Origin: an archaeon
Lineage (GTDB): Archaea; Nanobdellota; Nanobdellia; Pacearchaeales; GW2011-AR1
Direction: 5' to 3'
Assembly: GCA_043821945.1 (NCBI GenBank)
Contig: JBDRCH010000005.1
Location: 14,799 to 78,798, forward strand
Length of the DNA: 64,000 nt
The notes under the pieces were generated by a model. That model ran no database searches. It had not been told where the DNA came from and worked only from the letters and a program-made list of their open reading frames with translations. Both the position numbers and the translations under genes were made by a program. Below are positions 28,660 to 38,297 of the stretch, one piece after another; position 1 is the first letter of the stretch, and each line of letters opens with the position of its first letter.

Positions 28660-29839
28660 CCACCATAATAAAGGGATATACTGAAAGATAAAACAAGAAA
28701 TAAAACAAAAGATTAAAAATGTTTTGTTTTCTTAACATATTTGATTTCATCACAGATAAAATTAAAAAAGTAAATATTACTCCTGCAATAAACAAAATTA
28801 CTCCGAGATAATTAAGAAAACTCGGTGTAATAAAGAAATCATTCATAGTTAATAAGGGTATTCCAACATTAATTGAATATCTAGTAAAAAGATAATTTGT
28901 AAGAAATCTCGTTGTAACAAGATAAACAAAAATACCCAATCCTAATAAACCTAAAAAAAGCTGCAAAACAAAAAAAGGGAGGATAAAAAAACCCAGCATG
29001 CCTTTTTTGAAAAAGTATTTTTTATATTTCGCAATGCACTGCAAACCCCCTACATTCCATCTTCTTCTTTGTTTATACCAAGCCTTAATTTTATTAGGAA
29101 TGGTAGTAGTTGATTCTGCCAATAAACACATTCTCCTTTTATAACCCTGATAAGTTAAATGCCAAGTAGCTTCAATATCTTCTGTTAAATTATTAACATC
29201 AAAACCCCCTATCTTCTCCAAAGCAGATTTTCTATAAATCGCCATTGGTCCAGGAGTTACATAAATTGCTTCAACATAACCTAAAAGTTTTCGAGTGAAT
29301 GCAATTACATGATATTCAACAAACTGCAATCTTTCCATAAAAGATTTGTTATTTCTAGGAATAATAAAAGGAGTTGCAACACCAACTTGATCATCATCAA
29401 AAAAACCAACTAATTTTGAAAAAGCATCTTTTTCAGGATAACTATCTGCATCAACAACCGCAACAAGTTCTCCTTTAGATAATTTAATCCCTTGATTCAA
29501 AGAATCTGCTTTTCCTGAATTTTGTTTATTGATTAATTTTAACCTTGGATAGATTTTCAATAATTTCTCTACAATTTCAGCAGTATTATCTGTTGAACCA
29601 TCATTAAGAACAATAACTTCCTTAAGAGGGTAATCTGATTTAAAAATTTCACGGATAGTGTCTCCAATTGTCTCTCTTTCATTCCAAGCAGGAACTAAAA
29701 CAGAAATAGAGTATTTTTTAGTCATAGAGGGTATCTCAAAAAATCTTTTCTTGTTTCTCAAGTATAAAGTCAAAAACAAGGAAAGAAAGTAAATAGAAAT
29801 AAACATATAACCCAGATAAACAACAGGAAGAATGTCCAT
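28616..29839 (-). CDS. Family 2 glycosyltransferase, processive synthase type (integral membrane)
   Basis: VLVPAWNE, LNDGSTD, DADS and QRRRW (QxxRW) motifs; multiple TM helices. Confidence 0.75.
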   Translation of the reverse strand: MDILPVVYLGYMFISIYFLSLFLTLYLRNKKRFFEIPSMTKKYSISVLVPAWNERETIGDTIREIFKSDYPLKEVIVLNDGSTDNTAEIVEKLLKIYPRLKLINKQNSGKADSLNQGIKLSKGELVAVVDADSYPEKDAFSKLVGFFDDDQVGVATPFIIPRNNKSFMERLQFVEYHVIAFTRKLLGYVEAIYVTPGPMAIYRKSALEKIGGFDVNNLTEDIEATWHLTYQGYKRRMCLLAESTTTIPNKIKAWYKQRRRWNVGGLQCIAKYKKYFFKKGMLGFFILPFFVLQLFLGLLGLGIFVYLVTTRFLTNYLFTRYSINVGIPLLTMNDFFITPSFLNYLGVILFIAGVIFTFLILSVMKSNMLRKQNIFNLLFYFLFYLSVYPFIMVVALYHFFKGKKVWR

Positions 29840-30391
29840 TTAATCTTCTCCTGGAATTTCATTTAATGGATTGTCACCTTCTTTCACATTAAAATAATCA
29901 TAAAAATCATCACTTAAATTTAAAATATGAGTGTGTCCTTCTTTTTTTCTTTTGATCAATCCCAAATCAAAAAACTTTTTTATATGATCATAAGCTTTAT
30001 TTCCTCTGATTTTAATAATCACTGATTGCTTAATCGGTTGTTTAAATGCAATAATCGCGAGAGTCTCTTGCTCAGCTTTTGAAAATTCAGAACTTCCTGT
30101 TGCAAGCTTGTTGATAATATAAGAATATTCTTGTCTCACATCCATCTTCCACATTTCACTTTCAGAATTTCCCTTAAAGACAATTTCAATAGCGGAATTT
30201 TCCTGCTCGTATTTTTCTTTAAGTCTATCAATTAATCCCCGAATAATAAGGGGATTCAAATCAGTTAAAGAAATCAACTCAGGCATATTCAAAAATCTCC
30301 CTGACACAAAAAAAACCGCCTCTAAAATCTTCAAGTTTTCAATCTCTTTTGCATCATCAATTTCCTCAGCTGTTTTACTTGATATTGACAT
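29840..30391 (-). CDS. scpB: Segregation and condensation protein B-like (ScpB)
   Basis: tandem winged-helix pattern LEAVFFVSG...L and TLAIIAFKQPIKQSVIIKIRG. Confidence 0.55.
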   Translation of the reverse strand: MSISSKTAEEIDDAKEIENLKILEAVFFVSGRFLNMPELISLTDLNPLIIRGLIDRLKEKYEQENSAIEIVFKGNSESEMWKMDVRQEYSYIINKLATGSSEFSKAEQETLAIIAFKQPIKQSVIIKIRGNKAYDHIKKFFDLGLIKRKKEGHTHILNLSDDFYDYFNVKEGDNPLNEIPGED

Positions 30392-30432
30392 GGTGTATGA
30401 AAATACTTGGGATTTATAAAATTATCAATAAC

Positions 30433-31521
30433 CTAAACCTTAAATCTCAAAATAGCTCCAATTCCACCAAGATTATTAAATTGATCCCCTTCAGGAGTTT
30501 CTATTGAGATGATCTCCACACTTGCTCCAATATTACCAGCAAGTTGTTTAAATTCTTTTATCAAATTTTTATTTAAAGTCTTTGACAAAAATAACACATC
30601 CACAGCACCGTATTCTAATGCTTGTTTTGTATCAGATTCTTTTAAAGTTGCTAAATCGGGTTTTTCACCCAGTGTCTCAAAAAATCTCTCTAAAATTTTC
30701 TTCTCATGAATAATTTCTTGCTCAGCTAAAATATCCTGACTTGCCTCAACTAACAATTTCAAACCATGTTCATCAGCATACCCAATATCCCTTCTTCCAA
30801 TAATCTTTTCTCTTAATTTAGTAACCATATATTCCCCATCGAGAAATTCATCTTTAGTTGGAATAGGTCCTCCAACTAAAATACCTTTTAATTTGGGATT
30901 ATCAAAAAATATGTTTTTCATTTCACTTGCAACCCTTTTATAAAATTCTTTTGTCAAACCTTCAGTAATCCGATGAAATCTCTGGCTTGATTGCCCTCCG
31001 GCTCTAACTTGACTCGGTATTCCAGAAGTCATTTTCTGCAAAACCTCAATTCTTTTTCCTTCCAACAAACCAATAGCTGCATCTTTTCTGTCCATCACAA
31101 GCAATCCAAAAACTTCAGTTACATCAAGCATTTCTTTCAAAATGCTTAAAACAAATTCTTTATCACATCTATATAATCTCACTTTAACAGGCATAGGAGG
31201 TTCAATATCCCATAATTGCAAATCATCTTGACCTTCAACTTTAGAAACATTACCAGCAAAAATAGCCAACCCATTCTCAGGAGTTTTCTTCAAACCCTTT
31301 AGGTAACGCACAATCTTTTCAAGTGCCTCAGAAACATTTTTCCGAGTAGCAGTTGATTTAATATTCTTCGCAGTTGATTTCTCTGCTTCAAGCTGTCTCT
31401 GCACAGCATTCACATCATAACCTGCAGGAATATAAACACTAATCAATTCAGTATGTCTGCCTTTATGTTTTTCTAATTCTTCAAGAAGATCAGTTAATTC
31501 ATCTTTAGTTAATTGCGTCAT
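30433..31521 (-). CDS. prf1: Peptide chain release factor aRF1
   Basis: NIKS motif (TAKNIKS) and GGQ motif (RAGGQSSQRF). Confidence 0.85.
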   Translation of the reverse strand: MTQLTKDELTDLLEELEKHKGRHTELISVYIPAGYDVNAVQRQLEAEKSTAKNIKSTATRKNVSEALEKIVRYLKGLKKTPENGLAIFAGNVSKVEGQDDLQLWDIEPPMPVKVRLYRCDKEFVLSILKEMLDVTEVFGLLVMDRKDAAIGLLEGKRIEVLQKMTSGIPSQVRAGGQSSQRFHRITEGLTKEFYKRVASEMKNIFFDNPKLKGILVGGPIPTKDEFLDGEYMVTKLREKIIGRRDIGYADEHGLKLLVEASQDILAEQEIIHEKKILERFFETLGEKPDLATLKESDTKQALEYGAVDVLFLSKTLNKNLIKEFKQLAGNIGASVEIISIETPEGDQFNNLGGIGAILRFKV

Positions 31522-31551
31522 AATTAATTAAGAAAAAAGATGTTTATAAAA

Positions 31552-31947
31552 TTAGAGTATATGATGAATCATACTTCCATAATTAGATGGGATAACCGAA
31601 TCTCTAAAATTATCAAATTTCTCTCTTCTTCTCACATTAAACTTTTTTAAACTATGAATATTAACTTTAGGACGAGGTAAAATAGTATTAATATCAGAAT
31701 AATTTATAAAATACAATACTTCTTGAAAATTAGACAAATCCCGAATATTAAACTTAGCTTTTTTATCTTTACAAACTCTTTCATATCTAAGAACTCCTTG
31801 TAATTTAAAACAAAGTTCCTTATCTCCAGAATATAATTTAAAACCTTTTTCAGATTTCAAAATTACATAATTATTGTTCAACCTCTTTATTATTTCTTTT
31901 TTTTCTTCAAGATTGAAATCTCTAAAATTAATTTTTTCTAAAGCCAT
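31552..31947 (-). CDS. Hypothetical protein (131 aa)
   Basis: ORF only. Confidence 0.3.
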   Translation of the reverse strand: MALEKINFRDFNLEEKKEIIKRLNNNYVILKSEKGFKLYSGDKELCFKLQGVLRYERVCKDKKAKFNIRDLSNFQEVLYFINYSDINTILPRPKVNIHSLKKFNVRRREKFDNFRDSVIPSNYGSMIHHIL

Positions 31948-31984
31948 ATAAAAAAAATATTATCACTTTAAAAAAATTTATATT

Positions 31985-34351
31985 CTAAAATTCAACCTTA
32001 AACTTACCCTCTTTAATTTCCTTAGCATTCAAAACATTTTTCAAATCTTCAAGAACATTCTTTAACTCATCTTTTTCTTTTTTACTAATTGTCAAAACAA
32101 TCTCACTATTCATTGACTTTTTAGCATTTGTTTTTTCAGTTCTAATTCTTGTAATCATATCAACTAAAACATCAAATGTTTTATCATATTTTTCTTTTTC
32201 TAAATCTTGAAACTTAGGCCATGAGCTTAAATGGATACTTTTATCTTTCTCTCTTTTTCTAAAATATTTTTGATAAATTTCTTCAGTAATAAAAGGGGTA
32301 ATAGGAGCAATCATTTTCAAAATTACTAAGAGAGATTGATACAGAGTATATTGAGCAGATAATTTCTTTTCTCCTTTTCCCTGATAGATCCTCTTCTTAA
32401 TAATCTCTAGATAATTATCACAAAACATTTTCCAAAAGAAATTTTCAACATCTAACTTAGCTTTAGAATATTCATAAGCTTCAAATCTATAAGTAACACT
32501 CTTAATTAAAATATCTAATTTTTTCAAAAATAGCTCATCTGTTTTTTCTAACTTCTTTGGCTTCTTAAAATTATAATCTTTCAAATTCATAAAAACAAAA
32601 TTAGAAGCATTTAACAATTTTTTAATAAATTTCTTTCCTGCAATAACATCCTGCTCTTGATAATCAAAGTCTTTTCCAAGTTTTGACGAAGATGCCCAAA
32701 ACCTTATTGCATCTGCCCCATATTTTTCCATTACCTCTTGAGGTCTAATAATATTTCCTTTTGACTTTGACATTTTTTCACCTTTCAAAGTAACAAATCC
32801 AGAAATAACAACATCTCTCCAAGGATTTTTTCCATAATGAAGTTGAGATTTAACAAGAGTATTAAACAACCAAAAAGAAATAATATCATGAGCTTGAGGA
32901 CGAAGAGTCAAGGGAAAAATCTTTTTTTGGCTTTTTTCGTCCATAAGTTGAGTAATAATTTGAGGAGTCATTGAAGACGTGAACCAAGTATTAAGAACAT
33001 CTATTTCAGGAATAAATTCCTTTGACTTGCAATTAGGACATTCTTTCAATGGAGGTTTGTCTTCAGCTGGACTAACAGGTAAATTCTTTTCATCAGCAAC
33101 AATAATCTCATCACATTTCTTGCAATACCAAACAGGGAATGAAATTCCAAAATGCCTTTGATTAGAAACCAACCAATCCCACTGCAAACCCTTAACCCAA
33201 TTATCATAACGTGTCTTCATAAATTTAGGATACCATTTTAATTCATTCCCCCACTTTAACATATCTTTTTTCAAATCAAGATATTTCAAAAACCACTGCT
33301 TAGATTTAACAAACTCAATTTCAGTCCCGCATCTCTCATGAACATTAACAGGATGAACAATCTTTTCCTCCTTAATTAAAAAACCTGATTTTTTCAAATC
33401 TTTAATCATTTCCTCTCTTGCTTCTTTAACTCTCATTCCTTTATATTTTCCAGCAATAGAAGTCATTCTTCCATCTTTTCCAATAGCTTCTTTAATTGGA
33501 AGATTAAATGCTTTCTGCCACTCCATATCAGTCTGATCTCCAAAAGTAGCACAATAAGCAATTCCAGTACCCTTGTCCATCTTAGCTCTTTTATCTTCTA
33601 AAATTGGAACCTCAATATTAAACAAAGGAATTTTAGCTTTCTTTCCTTTGAGATGCTTGTATCTCTCATCATTAGGATGATAAAAAACAGCCACACTTGC
33701 AGGAAATAATTCAGGTCTAGTTGTGGAAATAATTAAATCATCTTCATCAACTTTTAATTTAACATCTACAAATAAAGAAGGAATATCTTTGTCTTCAACC
33801 TCAACCTGCGCAACACCTGTTCTGCACTCAGGACACCACATTGCAGGAGCATCCCTCCTCTCCATTCTCTTTTTTCTATACAAATCAAGAAAACTCCACT
33901 GCGAAATTCTCCGAGAATGCTCATCAATTGTTGAATAATAAACATTCCAATCACAACTTATTCCAATATTTTTCCAATCTTGAATAAATCTCGGAAGTTC
34001 TTCTTTTAAAAAATCCATGCACAACTTAATGAACTTATCCCTTGACATTTCCTTGGATTTAATTCTCTTAGTTTTCTCAACAAGTCTCTCAGTCGGCAAC
34101 CCATTATCATCTGTTCCAAAAGGATAAAAAACATTAACCCCCTTCATTCTCATAAATCTAATTATAAAATCCTGCTGCGAATATGAACAAGCATGTCCAA
34201 TATGCATCTCACCTGAAACAGTTGGCGGCGGAGTATCTACTGAATAAACCTTCTCCTTAGAATTAATATCAAATTGATAAATTTTTTCTTTCTCCCAATA
34301 TTTTCTCCATTTGTCTTCTATTGCTTTAAAGTCAAAATTATTCTTAGACAT
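31985..34351 (-). CDS. valS: Class I aminoacyl-tRNA synthetase, most likely valyl-tRNA synthetase (compact)
   Basis: TPPPTVSGEMHIGHA (HIGH) and KMSKSKGN; WCPECRTG editing-domain connector; PPPTVSG favours ValRS over IleRS/LeuRS. Confidence 0.6.
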   Translation of the reverse strand: MSKNNFDFKAIEDKWRKYWEKEKIYQFDINSKEKVYSVDTPPPTVSGEMHIGHACSYSQQDFIIRFMRMKGVNVFYPFGTDDNGLPTERLVEKTKRIKSKEMSRDKFIKLCMDFLKEELPRFIQDWKNIGISCDWNVYYSTIDEHSRRISQWSFLDLYRKKRMERRDAPAMWCPECRTGVAQVEVEDKDIPSLFVDVKLKVDEDDLIISTTRPELFPASVAVFYHPNDERYKHLKGKKAKIPLFNIEVPILEDKRAKMDKGTGIAYCATFGDQTDMEWQKAFNLPIKEAIGKDGRMTSIAGKYKGMRVKEAREEMIKDLKKSGFLIKEEKIVHPVNVHERCGTEIEFVKSKQWFLKYLDLKKDMLKWGNELKWYPKFMKTRYDNWVKGLQWDWLVSNQRHFGISFPVWYCKKCDEIIVADEKNLPVSPAEDKPPLKECPNCKSKEFIPEIDVLNTWFTSSMTPQIITQLMDEKSQKKIFPLTLRPQAHDIISFWLFNTLVKSQLHYGKNPWRDVVISGFVTLKGEKMSKSKGNIIRPQEVMEKYGADAIRFWASSSKLGKDFDYQEQDVIAGKKFIKKLLNASNFVFMNLKDYNFKKPKKLEKTDELFLKKLDILIKSVTYRFEAYEYSKAKLDVENFFWKMFCDNYLEIIKKRIYQGKGEKKLSAQYTLYQSLLVILKMIAPITPFITEEIYQKYFRKREKDKSIHLSSWPKFQDLEKEKYDKTFDVLVDMITRIRTEKTNAKKSMNSEIVLTISKKEKDELKNVLEDLKNVLNAKEIKEGKFKVEF

Positions 34352-34402
34352 AATAAATCACAATCAAGAAACTTTTAAAAACTATCTATATTTATCTAAA
34401 TT

Positions 34403-34570
34403 ATGGCAGCAGACAACAAAATTCAAATGCCCGGAGGATTCGGAGGATTAATGCGATTCAGCGAAGAATACGCAAGCAAGTTCAATTTAAAACCAACACA
34501 CGTGATTGCATTTATAATTTTAATAATTGCATTTAGAATAGTTCTTCCAATAATAAAACCTCTAGCTTAA
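34403..34570 (+). CDS. secG: Preprotein translocase Sec61-beta subunit (55 aa; below the ORF-track threshold)
   Basis: MPGGFGGLMRFSEEY motif then a single C-terminal TM helix. Confidence 0.6.
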   Translation: MAADNKIQMPGGFGGLMRFSEEYASKFNLKPTHVIAFIILIIAFRIVLPIIKPLA

Positions 34571-34572
34571 AA

Positions 34573-34755
34573 ATGGAAACTTATAGATCAATGTTAGAAA
34601 TAGAGAAAAAATTTTACCCCAAAACATTTCAAAAGAGACTAGTTAAAAGAAAATCTATTGTACAGAAAGTATTTGAAGAATTCAAGCCAGAGTATGATAA
34701 AGCATTAGAAGGATATAATTTAGCTATTAAAAAAAGAAAATGTTTCCAAATCTAG
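34573..34755 (+). CDS. Small basic hypothetical protein (60 aa)
   Basis: ORF only. Confidence 0.2.
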   Translation: METYRSMLEIEKKFYPKTFQKRLVKRKSIVQKVFEEFKPEYDKALEGYNLAIKKRKCFQI

Positions 34756-35069
34756 ACCCTAAAAAAATGCAGGCAGTAATGAAGCAGATGGGCATTGCCC
34801 AAGAAGAAATAGATGCTTCAAAAGTAATAATTGAAAGATCAGACGACAAAAAAATTATCATTGAAAATCCAACTGTAACAAAAATCAAAATGCAAGGTCA
34901 AGAAACCTTTCAAATTGCAGGAGAGATTTCAGAAGAATCAGAAGAAATTGGAGTCTCAGAAGAGGACATTCAAACAATAGTTGAAAAAACAGGCTGTAGT
35001 GAAGAAGAAGCTAAAAAAGTATTAGAAAAAACAGGTGATTTGGCTGAAGCAATTTTAGAACTAAGTTAA
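34740..35069 (+). CDS. nac: Nascent polypeptide-associated complex protein (NAC alpha with UBA domain)
   Basis: MFPNLDPKKMQAVMKQMGI NAC start; C-terminal UBA EEDIQTIVEKTGCSEEEAKKVLEKTGDLAEAI. Confidence 0.75.
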   Translation: MFPNLDPKKMQAVMKQMGIAQEEIDASKVIIERSDDKKIIIENPTVTKIKMQGQETFQIAGEISEESEEIGVSEEDIQTIVEKTGCSEEEAKKVLEKTGDLAEAILELS

Positions 35070-35833
35070 TTCTTAACACTACTTCCAGCATCTACAAAAA
35101 TTATCTGGCCAGTAATATTTCTTGATAAACTAGAACATAAAAACAAAGTAGTATTCGCAACATCTTTTTGAGTAATGTTTCTTTTCAAAAAAGATTTCTC
35201 CTTATGAACATCAAGATGCTCTTCAAATCCAGAAATTCCAGACGCAGCCATTGTCGAAATAGGTGAAAAAGAAATTCCATTTACTCTTATTTTTTTGTCA
35301 CCAACATCATTTGCAAGATAACGAACACTTGCTTCAAGAGCAGCTTTAGAAACACCCATAACATTATAATTTTCTGAGACTCTTTGTGACCCAATATAAG
35401 TCATAGCAATAATACTTCCTTCAGAATTCATCATCGGATGAACTCTCCTTGTTAATTCAACAAGAGAATAAGCACTAACTTCTTGACTCTTATTATAACC
35501 ATTTAAATCAACATTCATAAATTTACCTTTAAGAAAATCTCTTTTCGCAAAAGCAATACTATGAATCAAAAAATCAACATTTCCAAATTCTTTCTTAACC
35601 CTCTTAAAAAAACCATCAAGTTGATTATCATCAGTAACATCACAAATCATTCCAAAAGAATTCTTCAAAGACTTCACAAGTTCTTTTGCTGTTTCCTCGC
35701 TTCTATCTTGATAAGCAGCAGCAATCTGAACACCCTCTTGATTCAATATTCTAGCAATATTCCAAGCAACACTACTATCATCTCTAATACCAAAAACAAT
35801 TGCCTTTTTTCCAAATAAATTCAAATCCACCAT
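35066..35833 (-). CDS. fabI: Enoyl-[acyl-carrier-protein] reductase (NADH), bacterial FabI type
   Basis: GKKAIVFGIRDDSSVAWNIARIL nucleotide-binding segment and YNVMGVSKAALEASVRYLA (Tyr-x6-Lys) align closely with E. coli FabI. Confidence 0.88.
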   Translation of the reverse strand: MVDLNLFGKKAIVFGIRDDSSVAWNIARILNQEGVQIAAAYQDRSEETAKELVKSLKNSFGMICDVTDDNQLDGFFKRVKKEFGNVDFLIHSIAFAKRDFLKGKFMNVDLNGYNKSQEVSAYSLVELTRRVHPMMNSEGSIIAMTYIGSQRVSENYNVMGVSKAALEASVRYLANDVGDKKIRVNGISFSPISTMAASGISGFEEHLDVHKEKSFLKRNITQKDVANTTLFLCSSLSRNITGQIIFVDAGSSVKN

Positions 35834-35902
35834 CTAAAACCAAAAAAACACTCATTTAAATAATTTAGTTAATTATTTCAAGTTCAAACACCTTTATATT
35901 TA

Positions 35903-36367
35903 ATGGAAAAATTCATTGAGAATATTCAAAGTGCAAATAAAACAATAAAAATAATTGATCATATGGTTTATGTAACTTTTCCATTAATTAAGGACAAAAG
36001 ACTTCTCTTAAAAATTCTTTTAGAAACAAAAAAAGCAATTGTAGACTGTATTAACTCAATACTTCAATATGAATATTTATACAAAAGAATAAAATTATAC
36101 AAAAATCAAAAAGAAAATCTAAGAACATTCAAGGAAAAATGCGCTTCAAAATATAATATAACAAAACAAGAAATTAATTTAATAAACGAACTTTTCGAAA
36201 TAGCTGAACAACATAAAAAAAGTCCTTTTGAATTTATTAAAGACAAAAAAATAATAATTCTTTCAGAAGAATTACAACCAAAAATAATAACCTTTGAAAA
36301 AACAAAAGAATTTCTAATATTAGGAAAAAATATATTAAATAAAACAAAACAAGTAATTTTGAGATAA
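35903..36367 (+). CDS. Hypothetical protein, paralog A of a tandem pair
   Basis: shares the DH.(V/L)YV..(P)L.K motif and overall K/E-rich helical pattern with the next ORF. Confidence 0.4.
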   Translation: MEKFIENIQSANKTIKIIDHMVYVTFPLIKDKRLLLKILLETKKAIVDCINSILQYEYLYKRIKLYKNQKENLRTFKEKCASKYNITKQEINLINELFEIAEQHKKSPFEFIKDKKIIILSEELQPKIITFEKTKEFLILGKNILNKTKQVILR

Positions 36368-36421
36368 GTATAAAAACCCCTTTTCCCTTATGAAACATAC
36401 TTCTAAACTGTTGGGGGAACG

Positions 36422-36862
36422 ATGGAAGATATTATTAAGGAAAAGATAAGCGCAGATCATTTATTGTATGTAAGTTTAAAATATACTAAAACTTGCGATG
36501 TCATAGTTAACCTTCTTATTCGATGGAGCAGACTAATTGAAACCTGTAATAATGAAGTCTTAAAACACACAAAGAAGAAGAAAAAGATTTCTTCAATATC
36601 AGAAAACCCTGTAGGAAGAATAGAACAAATAAAAAAGATATTCAAAAAAGATAAAGAATTTTTAGAAGTGATTGAACTCTATGATATGTTCAAAAAAATT
36701 AATGAACTAAAAAAAGAGCGAATTGGTGAATTCAGAAAAAATGTAACCTTGAAAGTTTTCTTCAAAGGAGAAGAAATAAACATAAACCTTGAAAAACTAA
36801 AAGTCTATTCAGAATTGTTAGAAAAATTTGTAAATACCTCAAAGAAATTCTTAAAATCCTAA
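36422..36862 (+). CDS. Hypothetical protein, paralog B of the tandem pair
   Basis: ADHLLYVSLKYTKT aligns with IDHMVYVTFPLIKD of paralog A. Confidence 0.4.
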   Translation: MEDIIKEKISADHLLYVSLKYTKTCDVIVNLLIRWSRLIETCNNEVLKHTKKKKKISSISENPVGRIEQIKKIFKKDKEFLEVIELYDMFKKINELKKERIGEFRKNVTLKVFFKGEEININLEKLKVYSELLEKFVNTSKKFLKS

Positions 36863-36974
36863 TCTAATAATCTTTATAAACACAATTTTCTTAATTTATA
36901 AATCTTAAGAGAATATTAAAAATTCTTAAGTCAAAAATCTCTTATTTATTTTAGAGAAGACATTAAAATTTCAA

Positions 36975-37739
36975 ATGAAAAAAATAATTGTAATTACATC
37001 GGGTAAAGGTGGTGTTGGAAAGACCACGACAGCTATAAATCTAGGTGCAGCTATGAACTATTTTGGAAAGGACGTGCTTATAGTAGACGGAAATCTTTCA
37101 ACTCCAAACATTGGAATTCATTTAAACTCTCCAGAAGTTCCAATAAACTTGAATCATGTTTTACTAAATAAAGCAGATTTATTTGAAGCTGTTTATGAAC
37201 ATGAATCAGGTATTAAAATAGTTCCTTCTTCATTATCTATAAAAGAATTAAAAAAAATAAAACCAGAAAGAATAAAAGATTTTAAAAAAGATTTTGGAAA
37301 AATTGCTGAATATGTAATCATTGATAGTGCTGCAGGATTAGGAAGTGAAGCCTTATCAGTAATTGAAGTAGCTGATGAATTAATCATAGTAACAAATCCT
37401 GAAATGCCTGCAATTACAGATGCTTTGAAAACAATAAAGATAGCAGAGGAATTAAAAACACCTGTTTTAGGAACAATAATCTCAAGAGTGAAAAGAGATT
37501 ATATTGAAATGTCTCCAGAAACAGTAAAAGAAATGCTTGAAGTTCCAATTTTAGGAAGTATCCCTGAGGATATTGCAGTTAAAAAATCATTAAACCTCAA
37601 GGATGCAGTTGTCCATACACATCCAAAAAGCAAATCATCTCGAGCATACAAAGAAATCGCTGCCAAACTTCTTGATATTGAATATGACTCAAACAAGGAC
37701 CGGGAAAATTTCTGGAAAAGAATTTTTGGGAGAGATTAA
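36975..37739 (+). CDS. minD: MinD/ParA-family ATPase (archaeal MinD-like)
   Basis: deviant Walker A ITSGKGGVGKTT, Walker B IIDSAAG. Confidence 0.75.
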   Translation: MKKIIVITSGKGGVGKTTTAINLGAAMNYFGKDVLIVDGNLSTPNIGIHLNSPEVPINLNHVLLNKADLFEAVYEHESGIKIVPSSLSIKELKKIKPERIKDFKKDFGKIAEYVIIDSAAGLGSEALSVIEVADELIIVTNPEMPAITDALKTIKIAEELKTPVLGTIISRVKRDYIEMSPETVKEMLEVPILGSIPEDIAVKKSLNLKDAVVHTHPKSKSSRAYKEIAAKLLDIEYDSNKDRENFWKRIFGRD

Positions 37740-38081
37740 TCAACTAATCCGACACCCATTCCCAACATCTTTCTCAGGAGCAAGTAAAACACACAAATTT
37801 TCTTGAGCACTTCCAGCAGCAAGAAGCATACCTTGGCTCTCAATTCCCCGCATCACACGAGGAGCCAAATTCACAATCATAATTATTTTCTTATTCATTA
37901 ATTCTTCTTTAGAATAATAAGGTTTGATTCCAGCACAAATTACTCTCTTATCAATTTCTTCACCAACATCAACACTCAATTTATACAATTTATCAGCTCC
38001 TTCAATATTCTCAACTTCAACAATCTCTCCAACTCTTAAATCAAGTTTACTCCAATCTTCAAATGTAGCTATTCCTTCCAT
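37740..38081 (-). CDS. Standalone tRNA-binding domain protein (Trbp111/CsaA/MetRS-C-terminal type)
   Basis: DLRVGEIVEV...AGIKPYY...KKIIMIVNLAPRVMRGIESQGMLLAA OB-fold signature. Confidence 0.7.
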   Translation of the reverse strand: MEGIATFEDWSKLDLRVGEIVEVENIEGADKLYKLSVDVGEEIDKRVICAGIKPYYSKEELMNKKIIMIVNLAPRVMRGIESQGMLLAAGSAQENLCVLLAPEKDVGNGCRIS

Positions 38082-38297
38082 TTTAAAAAATAAATAATAG
38101 AGTATTTAAAATTAATTATCCTTTAACAAATCCTCTCAAAGATAAAGAATCTCTTTCACCTCTTAAAAGAGGATTATTATTTAGACAATTAGCATATGAA
38201 ATTAACTCACATAGTCCTACGGGATAATCATTATCATGTTTCCCAAATTGATTAAAATAAACATCCTCCATTTTCCCAAAATCACTCTCTTTATCAC

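Noticed and set aside
33723-33954. Two short ORFs (both strands) inside valS
   Set aside because: Embedded in or antisense to the synthetase gene.
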